Shown: in pieces, positions 39,907 through 49,490 of the stretch
Layout: each line of letters starts with the position of its first letter
How positions within the stretch are numbered: the stretch's first letter is position 1
DNA from: an uncultured virus (IMG/VR IMGVR_UViG_3300033146_001398)
Lineage: Duplodnaviria; Heunggongvirae; Uroviricota; Caudoviricetes
Direction: 5' to 3' (one strand)
IMG/VR virus record: IMGVR_UViG_3300033146_001398
Length of the DNA: 64,000 nucleotides
Made by a program: the position numbers and the translations under genes
Notes under the pieces: model-generated
The model's input: only the letters and a program-made list of their open reading frames with translations
Told to the model about the DNA's origin: nothing
The model's database searches: none

Positions 39907-42826
39907 AGAAGTATTCATAAAAGCGAAAGAAACTGCTAATGGCATTGTTGCTAAGTTTAGAATAGAAGATAAATATATTTTAAAAATAATAAATTTTAGA
40001 AATTACTTTTTTATAAAGGAAGAAGATATACTTGATGACGAGACTGCTTGGAACTATTGTAAATCTGAAGCATTTTCAGGTGTGAATATTTCTACACCTA
40101 ATGGTGTATTCGTAAAATTATATTTGAAAAATAATTTTTGGCGAAATAAGTTCAGACAAAAATTAGAAAATAATTTTGGCATCAGTGTTTTTGAAGGAGA
40201 TATAAACGCTGTAAAACATTGGTTAATAGAGAACCAAGAAATGAAACTTAACGCACAAGATTTAAGAATAACATATTTTGATATTGAAACTGATGATAGA
40301 GGAGAATTTTGTAAAGAAGAAGATGGTACAGTAATAGCAAAAGGACCAGTAATGTCGTGTGCTATACGTGACAATAAAAATCCGACTGAATTTTTAATAA
40401 ATGAAAATGTAGATGATATTGAAGAAGAGAAAAAGTTCTTAATAAAATTATTTGAAAAATTAAAACACACTGATGTTTTAACAGCATGGAACGGTAAAAA
40501 ATTTGACTATCCTTACTTAGAACAAAGAGGTGAATTTCATGAATTATTTGGTTCGTACGGTGAAGGTGGACATATTGATTTCAGACTAATTAATAAATTT
40601 GATGAAATGATTAAGATTAAAAAAGTTAGAGATTATGATTTTAAATCTTTTGCTTTAAATAGCGTAGCTAAACAAGTCTTAGGCGAAGGTAAGATAGATT
40701 TCTCTGATGCTGTTGAAGGTGGGAACGGTAATTTTTATCGACTTTGGGCAACTAATAAAAAATTGTTTGAAGAGTATAATAGAAAGGATGTTGATTTAAT
40801 GTTTGATATTGAAAAAAAATTTAAAGATATGCTTATTCATTTAACCTGTTCAGACTTATGTCATTGCCCTATAGAAGACACTATGTTTAATTCTATGATG
40901 TCTGATTATTTAATGTTAAATAAATATAAAGATAGAAATTTAATTGCTCCTAGCAAACCTAATGAAGCCGAAATACTTAGACGCAAAGCTAAGGGTGGTA
41001 TTTCTGGCGGATATACATTTTGTTTTACTCCAGGTCTACATCAAGGCGTATTAGTATTTGATTATAAATCACATTATCCATTATTAATAATGACATTTAA
41101 TATTTGTACTTCAACATATGTTAGCACAGAAGAAGTTGATTGGAATGAGCTATCAGAAATAATGGGTTGGACAAATGTAAAATATATGTTGCATGCGCAT
41201 AAAATGAGTAATACGTGCAAGAACAAAAACAATAAATATAATGATAGAGACTGGCGAAAAGCAATGAAACAGTATTGTGAAGACAACCAATTATCTGAAG
41301 AATATTTAAAATTTGATACAAAATTAGAAGAACTAATGTGGCATATGCTTGATAAATATGTAGGACATAAATATTCAGATTATGTAAAAGAAAATAAGTT
41401 AATATATAGCCCTGCTGATTTTAATAAAGATACTAACGGTTGGCATTTTCACTTCCATCGTTTGTTTACAAGAGAAATTGGCGTAGTTCCTGAAATTCAA
41501 GATTTTGTATTAGAAAATAGAGATAAAATAAAATATGAAATAAAAACTAAACTAGCTGAAGATTTTAATTTTAAAAATACATTTGAGTTTAGTAGCTTGA
41601 ATGGAAATCAATGTGGTATTAAAACAGTTGGTAATGCTCTGTTCGGATTTTTAGGTTTTTTAAAATCTCGGTTCTATAAATATGATGTTGCTGATACTAT
41701 AACAACAGGCGGTAGATGGATTATTAAGAAGTCTATAATTTTTGCAAAGAAGAACGGATTTGAAGTAACTTCGGGAGATACTGATTCAATATTTGTTAAG
41801 AACATTAATTTTAATGGTACATATAATGATATGAATAAATTGTATTACGAATATTATAAAACATTATTTAAACCTTTTAACTGTAATATGACCAAAGAAG
41901 TTGTAGTTCCGCAAACTGAACTTGAAATTATAAATAAAGAACCTGTTAAAAAAGAAACACTACCTTATTATTGTGTATTTGAATGGGAACACACATACAA
42001 AGCTATAATAATAGTTGCTAAAAAACGATATTACTTTTTAGAAACAGGAACAGATAAAGAAGGTAAAGAAGTTCTTGGTCTTAATACAATGGGCGGCGCA
42101 TTTAAGACGAGAGATACAAATCCATTAGCAGCAAAATTACAAAAAGAATTATGTTTTGATGTTTTAACTAATGCGTATGATAGAAATAAATGGATAAAAA
42201 TATTGACAGAGTTAAAAGTGAAAGTATTTGATTATAGATTAGAAATAGAGTATTTAACGTATAGTAAAAATTATTCAAAACATTATAATACATATGGTAA
42301 ACCAATGTTAGATGGTAATACAGGTATACAAAAGACTGGTTCAGATGGAAAGCCGAGATTTGCTTCGATTCCAGCTCACATAAAAATGATTACACGGCTA
42401 GACTCTGAAAATAATTTAGATTATGATGTTGGTGATGTGATAGAATATATAATTGCAAAACCAAAAGTTGTAGATTTCTCGTGCTCTCTTAGAACTAAAA
42501 AAGATAGAAAAAAATTTAAAAAATATTATGATAAATTTAAAGCAGAAAATCCTGTTTTTGATATTACTCGTTTAGAAGAATATCTTATTAGAAATTGGGT
42601 AGATTTTAAACCAATTTTAGCTAGTTCACAAGAAGCGATAACAGTTAAAGAATACAAAGCTGGAGCAAAATACTCAACAGACGATTATTTTTCGCGTATT
42701 ATTGGTCCGATTATTGAAATATTAAATGTAATAGATAAAAAAGCTATAAATAAAGAGTATATTAATTGTTGGGATTTAACAGACAAACAAATAGAACGAA
42801 TTAATAAAGATACTATAGAGAAATAA
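39896..42826 (+). CDS. polB: Family B DNA polymerase with 3'-5' exonuclease
   Basis: FDIET, WNGKKFDYPY, YNRKD; FDYKSHYP, KTVGNALFG, SGDTDS, KKRY. Confidence 0.95.
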   Translation: MSNKEVFIKAKETANGIVAKFRIEDKYILKIINFRNYFFIKEEDILDDETAWNYCKSEAFSGVNISTPNGVFVKLYLKNNFWRNKFRQKLENNFGISVFEGDINAVKHWLIENQEMKLNAQDLRITYFDIETDDRGEFCKEEDGTVIAKGPVMSCAIRDNKNPTEFLINENVDDIEEEKKFLIKLFEKLKHTDVLTAWNGKKFDYPYLEQRGEFHELFGSYGEGGHIDFRLINKFDEMIKIKKVRDYDFKSFALNSVAKQVLGEGKIDFSDAVEGGNGNFYRLWATNKKLFEEYNRKDVDLMFDIEKKFKDMLIHLTCSDLCHCPIEDTMFNSMMSDYLMLNKYKDRNLIAPSKPNEAEILRRKAKGGISGGYTFCFTPGLHQGVLVFDYKSHYPLLIMTFNICTSTYVSTEEVDWNELSEIMGWTNVKYMLHAHKMSNTCKNKNNKYNDRDWRKAMKQYCEDNQLSEEYLKFDTKLEELMWHMLDKYVGHKYSDYVKENKLIYSPADFNKDTNGWHFHFHRLFTREIGVVPEIQDFVLENRDKIKYEIKTKLAEDFNFKNTFEFSSLNGNQCGIKTVGNALFGFLGFLKSRFYKYDVADTITTGGRWIIKKSIIFAKKNGFEVTSGDTDSIFVKNINFNGTYNDMNKLYYEYYKTLFKPFNCNMTKEVVVPQTELEIINKEPVKKETLPYYCVFEWEHTYKAIIIVAKKRYYFLETGTDKEGKEVLGLNTMGGAFKTRDTNPLAAKLQKELCFDVLTNAYDRNKWIKILTELKVKVFDYRLEIEYLTYSKNYSKHYNTYGKPMLDGNTGIQKTGSDGKPRFASIPAHIKMITRLDSENNLDYDVGDVIEYIIAKPKVVDFSCSLRTKKDRKKFKKYYDKFKAENPVFDITRLEEYLIRNWVDFKPILASSQEAITVKEYKAGAKYSTDDYFSRIIGPIIEILNVIDKKAINKEYINCWDLTDKQIERINKDTIEK

Positions 42827-42828
42827 AA

Positions 42829-43140
42829 ATGGACGAAGTTATTAAAACACAAAAATTATTTCAACAAATGTTGAAAAACGATATCACAACACAAGAGTTT
42901 AAAACTACATGTGTGATGGGACTTTTAGAAGAGTCAATGGAAGCCTTAAAAGAAACACCTTTTAAGAAACATAAAAAAAATCAGAAATTTAATAGACTTA
43001 ATTTCATTAACGAATTAGTTGATGTCCAATTATATTTATTAAATTTACTACTAAGTTGTGATGTAACATGGGAAGAATTTAGACTAGATATTGAACGGAA
43101 ACAACAGATTAATTTCGACCGACAAAAGAATAACTACTAA
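42829..43140 (+). CDS. All-alpha dCTPase/dUTPase (T4 gp56/dimeric dUTPase-like)
   Basis: EESME, PFKKHK, ELVD, KQQINFDRQKNNY C-terminus. Confidence 0.8.
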   Translation: MDEVIKTQKLFQQMLKNDITTQEFKTTCVMGLLEESMEALKETPFKKHKKNQKFNRLNFINELVDVQLYLLNLLLSCDVTWEEFRLDIERKQQINFDRQKNNY

Positions 43141-43212
43141 ATAATACTTAAAGAGAAGTTTTATAAATAACACCAGTATTAGTTATACTATAATATTAAA
43201 TGAGAGTGAAAA

Positions 43213-43503
43213 ATGAAATTACAAGAACTAAACGCGAAAAATTTAAAAGATACTGCGTACTTTGAGGCGCTACAACATGCTGTTTCTATACGATTAGATA
43301 GAAAAAAATTATATGGTGATGGTTTTTTAACGAGTAAAGACAGATTCTTTATGGTTATGCTTGAAGAAAAATTAGCAAGAGCTACGCATATGTTTGATAA
43401 TGCTACAGCTGGCAACTATGAAAAGATTGAAGATACGTTATTAGATATTGTTAACTATTCGTTAATGTGGCTTCAAGTTTTAGGTAACAGAAATAAAAAA
43501 TGA
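43213..43503 (+). CDS. Nucleotide-modification-associated domain protein (DUF1599-like)
   Basis: YGDGF...KLAR...EKIEDTLLDIVNYSLM. Confidence 0.75.
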   Translation: MKLQELNAKNLKDTAYFEALQHAVSIRLDRKKLYGDGFLTSKDRFFMVMLEEKLARATHMFDNATAGNYEKIEDTLLDIVNYSLMWLQVLGNRNKK

Positions 43504-44459
43504 ATAAAAAACTAATTGGATTTTATAAAGTAGGCAAAGCAATTGAGATGTCTCAAGAAACAGATTTTGCTGGTTGGTCACATGAACCAATAACACTCGC
43601 AAAAATATTTAATAAAAACGATGTAAACGTTACAATGCTCAGTGATGTAGTTGGTTTTAATCCTTGGCCAAAAATTAATAAAAATAATTATTCAAGTATT
43701 ATTTTATTTTGTGGACCATTTAGTTTAGCGCAAAATAAAAATATTATTAAAGATTTAAGAGAACGAACAGATAATTTGATTTTATTTGTATCTGATTTAA
43801 AATTAGTTACTCCAGAATATTTTGAAGTTGAATATGAAAGTATATTTTGGAACGCGAGAAGAACGGACGTACAAAAACTTGATTCAGCATATGGTAGTTG
43901 GGCGAAAGATAAAAAATTAAACTATAATTATTGTCCAGAATTTTCGTATTTTGAAGATAATTTAGTTAGTATTGTTGATAAACCTGAAGGTAGAAAGAAT
44001 TTAGTTTATTTTGCAGGTGGCGAACGCAATAGAACTAAAGATTTTTTCGAATACGTTTATAGACCAGACACTAAATTACATGTTAAAAATTTAACACTCG
44101 GTTATGATTCACGTGTTGGTAGAAAAGAGTACTTAGAAACACTTAGAAATTCTAAATATTCTGTAGTTTTTGCTGACGACCAATATAATCGAAATGGTTT
44201 TATTAATACTAGACACTGTGAAAATATTTCAAATGGCGTAATATCATTTGCTGTTGATAGTTTTGATAAAGATAATATATTAGTTTCAACAAATGATAAT
44301 AGACGTGTTAGTAATTATTTAGAATTCAGAAAAAAAATTATAGACTTTGAAAATAATCCAGCAAGTAAAGCACTATGCTTAGAATCTCAATTAGCAGAAA
44401 TAGAAAAATATAAAGACGGTAAGATAATTTTTGAAGCATATGAGGAAAAATTAAAATGA
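43500..44459 (+). CDS. bgt: DNA glycosyltransferase, T4 beta-glucosyltransferase homolog
   Basis: Collinear motifs vs recalled T4 BGT: SHEPITL~SSETIYL, FVSDLKL~LFTDIRL, DDQYNRNGFINTRHCE~DKNYNDNFITLRVWE, FDKDN..RVSN..E~FDTKH..YVNN..E. Confidence 0.8.
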   Translation: MNKKLIGFYKVGKAIEMSQETDFAGWSHEPITLAKIFNKNDVNVTMLSDVVGFNPWPKINKNNYSSIILFCGPFSLAQNKNIIKDLRERTDNLILFVSDLKLVTPEYFEVEYESIFWNARRTDVQKLDSAYGSWAKDKKLNYNYCPEFSYFEDNLVSIVDKPEGRKNLVYFAGGERNRTKDFFEYVYRPDTKLHVKNLTLGYDSRVGRKEYLETLRNSKYSVVFADDQYNRNGFINTRHCENISNGVISFAVDSFDKDNILVSTNDNRRVSNYLEFRKKIIDFENNPASKALCLESQLAEIEKYKDGKIIFEAYEEKLK

Positions 44460-45193
44460 TTGAAAGAGATACAAACCAAATATATTCAGATGCATTAGTT
44501 GATGTGTTCACAAATGGTACTGAAGTTTCTCCAAGAGGGATGCTAATAAAAGAGAAATTGGGGTATAGTTTAACATTAGACCCAAACGATAATATAATTA
44601 CATTAGATGGTTTTAAAACTAATGTTGATTACGCGAAAGAAGAATTGAATTGGTATTACGCTGCTACTGATAGAATAGATTGGAGTCCGCGAATAAATAA
44701 AATATGGAAGAAATATTCAGATGATGGTGAGACTGTGAATTCTTCTTATGGCCATAGAATTTTTGGTGAACATAAAGATTTTGTTAATCAATGGGAATGG
44801 GTTAAAGAAGAGTTAAAACATGATGCTGAATCTAGACGAGCTGTAATGAATATTAATTATTCAGGTGATAAAAATCATAACACTAAAGATATGCCGTGCA
44901 CTATGTATTGTCAAGTATTTATTAGAGATGAGAAATTATTTTGGATTACTAATATGAGAAGTAACGATTTATATTTTGGGTTTAGAAATGACTTTTACTG
45001 TTTTGCTGAAATGCAAAAACGTATGGCTGACGAACTTGGAATAGAAGCAGGTGATTATATACATAATGCCGGTTCAATGCATGTTTATGAAAATCAATTT
45101 GATAAAGTTCAAAAATTATTAGATGAAAAAAAATTTGGATATTATTCAAAATTTGAGTATGATAATAAATTAGGCGAATTTAAACATATGTAA
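44456..45193 (+). CDS. dCMP hydroxymethylase (thymidylate synthase superfamily, T4 gp42-like)
   Basis: VNSSYG, SRRA, DMPCT, MRSNDLYFGFRND (Asp at the dCMP-specificity position), GSMHVYE. Confidence 0.85.
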   Translation: MIERDTNQIYSDALVDVFTNGTEVSPRGMLIKEKLGYSLTLDPNDNIITLDGFKTNVDYAKEELNWYYAATDRIDWSPRINKIWKKYSDDGETVNSSYGHRIFGEHKDFVNQWEWVKEELKHDAESRRAVMNINYSGDKNHNTKDMPCTMYCQVFIRDEKLFWITNMRSNDLYFGFRNDFYCFAEMQKRMADELGIEAGDYIHNAGSMHVYENQFDKVQKLLDEKKFGYYSKFEYDNKLGEFKHM

Positions 45194-45194
45194 G

Positions 45195-45674
45195 ATGACT
45201 AAACTATATTGTGGTATTGACAACGGCAAATCAGGAGGGATTACTATTATAGATTCGAATGAAAATATAATAAAGAAATATATTATGCCTCTTAACGAAG
45301 ATAATATGTATGATATACCAGAAATAGTAAAAATTTTAACAGAGTTTAAAATAGATGTGTATTCAATCGAACGTACTTGGGCAAACAGAATAAATGGTTC
45401 TAAATCTAATTTTCTTAGCGGGTTTCATGTTGGTGTTGCTCATGGTATTGTCTCTGCATTAGGTTATGACTGGGTATCTCCTGTTGCTAGAACATGGCAA
45501 AAAGAAATACTTACTGGAACACAAGCACGAGATACAAAAGAAGCTAGTATTAATTTTTGTTTAAAAAAGTGGCCAGACGAAGATTGGAAACGAACTAAGA
45601 GATGTAAGAAGTGTCATGATGGTTTGACTGACAGTTCTTGTATTGCATTGTGGGCAAAAAGAAAAGATATATAA
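45195..45674 (+). CDS. RuvC-like Holliday junction resolvase
   Basis: GIDNGKSGGI, IE, WQK, K..S, DGLTDS.CIA. Confidence 0.85.
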   Translation: MTKLYCGIDNGKSGGITIIDSNENIIKKYIMPLNEDNMYDIPEIVKILTEFKIDVYSIERTWANRINGSKSNFLSGFHVGVAHGIVSALGYDWVSPVARTWQKEILTGTQARDTKEASINFCLKKWPDEDWKRTKRCKKCHDGLTDSSCIALWAKRKDI

Positions 45675-45713
45675 ATAGCAATATATTATTTATACTATTA
45701 ATAAGGTGAACAA

Positions 45714-45968
45714 ATGGAACTAACATTAAAAAAATTAAAAGAATATAAACCTGGAATTTTTCGGGGCGGATTTTATACAGACGACGAAGGACAAGATAAA
45801 AAATGGGTAGCTGTTAGAGGCGGATATCATGATTGGTGTATTTATGTTGATGGGTTTTTTAAAACTAATGAGCAAATAGCAACAATGGGTAATAAAATTC
45901 ATGACGAAACAGTAATTAAAGCTCTAGTTATTTGTGACAACGAAGCATTTCAAATGTATAGACATTAA
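45714..45968 (+). CDS. Hypothetical protein
   Basis: Own promoter-RBS block; WVAVRGGYHDWCIY. Confidence 0.7.
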   Translation: MELTLKKLKEYKPGIFRGGFYTDDEGQDKKWVAVRGGYHDWCIYVDGFFKTNEQIATMGNKIHDETVIKALVICDNEAFQMYRH

Positions 45969-45969
45969 A

Positions 45970-46179
45970 ATGGTAAAAAGAACAGAAAAGGATATTGCGT
46001 GCAACGTTGCTAGAGCGCGAGCAGTAAAAGAAAGAGAACAAAGACGTAAACATTTCTTTCCTCATTGTATTGGTTTGTTTCCTGAATGCGCGAATTATGA
46101 TAAAAAAGCTGATATATCTGAAAGACCTGAATGTAGACTCTGTCCATATGCAAAAAAGAAACAACAGGGGACATTTTAA
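45970..46179 (+). CDS. Small Cys-rich protein
   Basis: Likely start MVKRTE; PHCIG.FPEC...ECRLCPY. Confidence 0.55.
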   Translation: MVKRTEKDIACNVARARAVKEREQRRKHFFPHCIGLFPECANYDKKADISERPECRLCPYAKKKQQGTF

Positions 46180-46181
46180 AA

Positions 46182-47588
46182 ATGAATTATATAACTTATT
46201 TAGAATCAATTGATTTAGCTAGAGGTACTAATAATAAAAAGGATATTCTATTAACCTCGCTCAAATCTGACATTAAAAATGACATGTATAGATACTTATG
46301 TGTAGCATTTAATGATGAAACCTTTAATTTTAGTGCAACCACAATAGAAAATATTTGTGATATTGATAAGGATTTTAAATATGAAGACCCTGGAACTCTT
46401 GTAGAAGATACTTTTAACGGCACAGAAGTACTAGATATAGACAAGTTTGAAAATACAGCAAAAACAATTAAACTATTTAAAGGGAATAAACTTAAAGAAT
46501 ATCTAAGAATATTATTTGATGCTGTACAACCAACAGATTGCAAATGGATAGTTAGAGCTTTATTACATAATTTAAGATGCGGTCTTAATTTAGAATCAGC
46601 TAACAAAATATTTGTACAAGCCGGGTTCCCAAAAATAGAAAAGTTTGGTGTGCAATTATGTGATTCAATTGAAGTTCCAATTATTAGAAAAGAATTTAAT
46701 AAGTTAAATGACGTTGAATCAACTGAATTTATACGTGAATGTTGTATTGCAACTGAAAAAATGATTAAACCACCTTATTATGCTTGTATTAAATACGATG
46801 GTATGCGTGCAATCTGCGAAAAAATAGGTGATAAAATAACATTCACTTCAAGACAAGGAAAAAATATAGATTATGTTCCAGAATTAGTTGAGTATATGAA
46901 AACTTTTGACTTTGACTTTATATTAGATGGTGAAATAGATTGCTCAGATTTCAATTTAGTTCAATCTAGAATCGGACGAAAAGCAGAAAATATAGAAGAG
47001 TTGCCTGAATTACATTATAGAGTGTATGATATATTAAGTTTAAAAAACGAAACAAAAACAGACACACCTCAAATGTCTCGAACAGCATTATTAATTACAA
47101 CTTTTGCAGAAAGTGATAGATTAAAATTAGAAGATAATTTATTGATAACAAACAATTTAGAACTTGAACCTATATTAAAAGGTGTATTACGAACAGGTGA
47201 AGAAGGTTTAATTATTAAAGACCCATTAGCTGATTACACGAAAGATGGTAGAGAAGCTTGGTTAAAATTAAAACCATGCTATGAATCTACATTAAAAGTA
47301 TTAGAATGCGGGTATGGTAATGGCAAGAACTCTGAAAAAATTAGTAGATTATATGTAACTGATGAAACAGGTTCACTAAAAACTTGGGTTGGTACAGGTT
47401 TAACAGACTCAGATAAAGAAGTTTGTATGTCAATGAATAATGATAACAAACTTATTAATAGTTTTGTAGACGTAATATTTCAAGAAGTAACTAAAACAGA
47501 TAAAGGTTTAAGTTTAAGATTCCCTAGATTCTCAAAATTTAGAGATGATAAAGATATAGCAGATAGTATAGAAATTTATATTAAATAA
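46182..47588 (+). CDS. lig: ATP-dependent DNA ligase
   Basis: KYDGMR, SRQGK, LDGEI, YDIL, EGLIIK, WLKLKP, VGTGL, LRFPRF..RDDK. Confidence 0.95.
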   Translation: MNYITYLESIDLARGTNNKKDILLTSLKSDIKNDMYRYLCVAFNDETFNFSATTIENICDIDKDFKYEDPGTLVEDTFNGTEVLDIDKFENTAKTIKLFKGNKLKEYLRILFDAVQPTDCKWIVRALLHNLRCGLNLESANKIFVQAGFPKIEKFGVQLCDSIEVPIIRKEFNKLNDVESTEFIRECCIATEKMIKPPYYACIKYDGMRAICEKIGDKITFTSRQGKNIDYVPELVEYMKTFDFDFILDGEIDCSDFNLVQSRIGRKAENIEELPELHYRVYDILSLKNETKTDTPQMSRTALLITTFAESDRLKLEDNLLITNNLELEPILKGVLRTGEEGLIIKDPLADYTKDGREAWLKLKPCYESTLKVLECGYGNGKNSEKISRLYVTDETGSLKTWVGTGLTDSDKEVCMSMNNDNKLINSFVDVIFQEVTKTDKGLSLRFPRFSKFRDDKDIADSIEIYIK

Positions 47589-47639
47589 CTAAAGGTATTA
47601 AGTGACAATTGTCGTATATAGCAGTTGTAGAGGGTAAAA

Positions 47640-47999
47640 ATGATTAATAGCGAAGAACTAATAGATAATTTAGAAAGTAAAGAAATAGAAGCTCAAAACG
47701 AAAGTAATTTAAATAGTCAACAAGTAAGAGATGTTAGAATAGATATCGATAGACTTATTACAGAATATTTAGATAAACAAATTCAAGTAAAAATTTTAAG
47801 TGAAAAATTAGATACACTAAAAGCTGAAATTAAATTAATATGCAACGATGAAGAGTATTCGTCAGACGTAGGAAAACTAATAATTAATAATACAAGCAGG
47901 ACAGCAATAAATAAAGCTTTAGCAGAAAATGTATTAGGCGACCGAATATCTGAAATAATGAAAAAAACTGAATACACAACATATCAAATAAAAAAATAA
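47640..47999 (+). CDS. Hypothetical coiled-coil phage protein
   Basis: 119-aa ORF with GAGGGT SD. Confidence 0.6.
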   Translation: MINSEELIDNLESKEIEAQNESNLNSQQVRDVRIDIDRLITEYLDKQIQVKILSEKLDTLKAEIKLICNDEEYSSDVGKLIINNTSRTAINKALAENVLGDRISEIMKKTEYTTYQIKK

Positions 48000-48013
48000 C
48001 TATATTCACTCTG

Positions 48014-48078
48014 CCGGAAGAGCATAGACATTTGTAATCACCTTATGAAGTTCTTTTCTTGCTCTTCCGGTTCTTTTT
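48014..48078 (+). terminator. 11-bp stem-loop with T-tail (terminator or sRNA)
   Basis: CCGGAAGAGCA / TGCTCTTCCGG, 35-nt loop, then TTCTTTTT. Confidence 0.6.
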
Positions 48079-48162
48079 ATTTAAAATTAATAGAAAGATT
48101 TATATATACTATAGTATAAGTAATACTATAATAAAAATTTTATTTTTATTAGGGCGATTACA

Positions 48163-48396
48163 ATGAATGAAAACATAAAAAAATTGGTAAGATTTGCAAA
48201 GACAAATTTTGTGACAGACGACGTGTTAGTTTATATAGATATAACTGACGGAACTAAGACTATTATTTCTCAAAAAAATATTGAAGATAACGAATATTTA
48301 ATTATTACCACCGAAGATTCAAGTAACATGTTAATTAGAAATATGGCGTTCAAATGGAATAACAATACTTGCAAATGGATTGGTAATTTACAATGA
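48163..48396 (+). CDS. Hypothetical protein
   Basis: TATA motif near 48093; first gene of sugar operon. Confidence 0.6.
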   Translation: MNENIKKLVRFAKTNFVTDDVLVYIDITDGTKTIISQKNIEDNEYLIITTEDSSNMLIRNMAFKWNNNTCKWIGNLQ

Positions 48397-48641
48397 GAGG
48401 ACTTAAGAAATTAGTACATGCGTTAATAAAAGAAGAATTAAATTCTAACTTTATTTTAAGATTATCTAATAATCAAGTTACAACACATTTAGTTGTTGTA
48501 CCAAAGAAGAAAGAAATTAGAATAAATATCGAATATCTAAAAGCGCATAAAAGTTCAATAAAAAGTATTGTAGCTAAAGCACGCGAATTATTATTTGAAG
48601 AAAAAGAACGAGTACACTATTATAGATTTGAGGAAATTTAA
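48393..48641 (+). CDS. Hypothetical protein
   Basis: ATGA-coupled ORF. Confidence 0.6.
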   Translation: MRGLKKLVHALIKEELNSNFILRLSNNQVTTHLVVVPKKKEIRINIEYLKAHKSSIKSIVAKARELLFEEKERVHYYRFEEI

Positions 48642-49490
48642 ATGGATAAAGATTTATCATTAGTTCGTGTCGTCGAGATAGAGCTAAATAGTTTCTGCAA
48701 TCGAACATGTTCTTGGTGTCCGAACAAATTTATTGATAGAACAAAATCACAAAAAATAAATTTAAGAAGTTATAAAAAATTATTGCTTGACTTAGTATTT
48801 TTTGAGGCTGGTAAAAATTCAGGGTTAACCGTATCTTTTTCTAGAAATAATGAACCATTCTATGATATTGAACATTTAAAATTTATGGTTGACCTTGCTC
48901 GGAATTTACTCCCATCAAATACACGATTAGTTTCAAATACAAATGGTGATTATCTAACTAATAAAAGTTTTAAAAATTTAAAGTTAGATGAAGTTAGTAT
49001 AATGGATTATAATTCTGATGGTTTAGAGAAATGTGTACTAAAATTAAATAAGCTCGGTGCAATTAATATTGATGCAGATTATCCATTTATTAAAGCAAAG
49101 ATAGAAGATACTGATATTTTATATTATGTAGATTGGTCTAAGTTCCATAAAATAGAAGATAGAGCAGGTTTGCTAGGTGACGTGTCAAAAGGCGAGATAG
49201 TCCCTAGAAAAGCTAAATGTCTAGAACCTATATATTTTATTGCAATAGATTATAATGGTAACGTGATGTCTTGTTGTAATCTAAGAAGCGATGCAAAACA
49301 ACATAGCAAATTAATATTGGGAAATATATACGCTCAAGACATTAATAGCATCTATCATAGCAGAGCAGCAACAAAGTTTAGAAAAAAATTAAGTAGCGGA
49401 CATCGTTTATTTTATCCTAACGTGTGTAAAACTTGTACTAAAAAGCCTGGTAGATATACCAGAGATAAAGGAGGAATTAATTATGAATAA
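48642..49490 (+). CDS. Radical SAM protein with SPASM/twitch domain
   Basis: CNRTCSWC, NEPF, TNGD; C..P....IDYNGNVMSCC...LGNI...CKTC. Confidence 0.9.
   Translation: MDKDLSLVRVVEIELNSFCNRTCSWCPNKFIDRTKSQKINLRSYKKLLLDLVFFEAGKNSGLTVSFSRNNEPFYDIEHLKFMVDLARNLLPSNTRLVSNTNGDYLTNKSFKNLKLDEVSIMDYNSDGLEKCVLKLNKLGAINIDADYPFIKAKIEDTDILYYVDWSKFHKIEDRAGLLGDVSKGEIVPRKAKCLEPIYFIAIDYNGNVMSCCNLRSDAKQHSKLILGNIYAQDINSIYHSRAATKFRKKLSSGHRLFYPNVCKTCTKKPGRYTRDKGGINYE

Noticed and set aside
41110..41470. Intein in PolB (also checked MCM and TerL)
   Set aside because: No C/S...HN-C/S/T splice termini or LAGLIDADG blocks
44456..45193. Ordinary thymidylate synthase ThyA
   Set aside because: Has RSND..FGFRND with Asp rather than RSxD..LGxPFN, and lies beside a BGT homolog
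47602..47628. Small hairpin/palindrome GACAATTGTC upstream of 47640
   Set aside because: Short, single occurrence, plausible by chance
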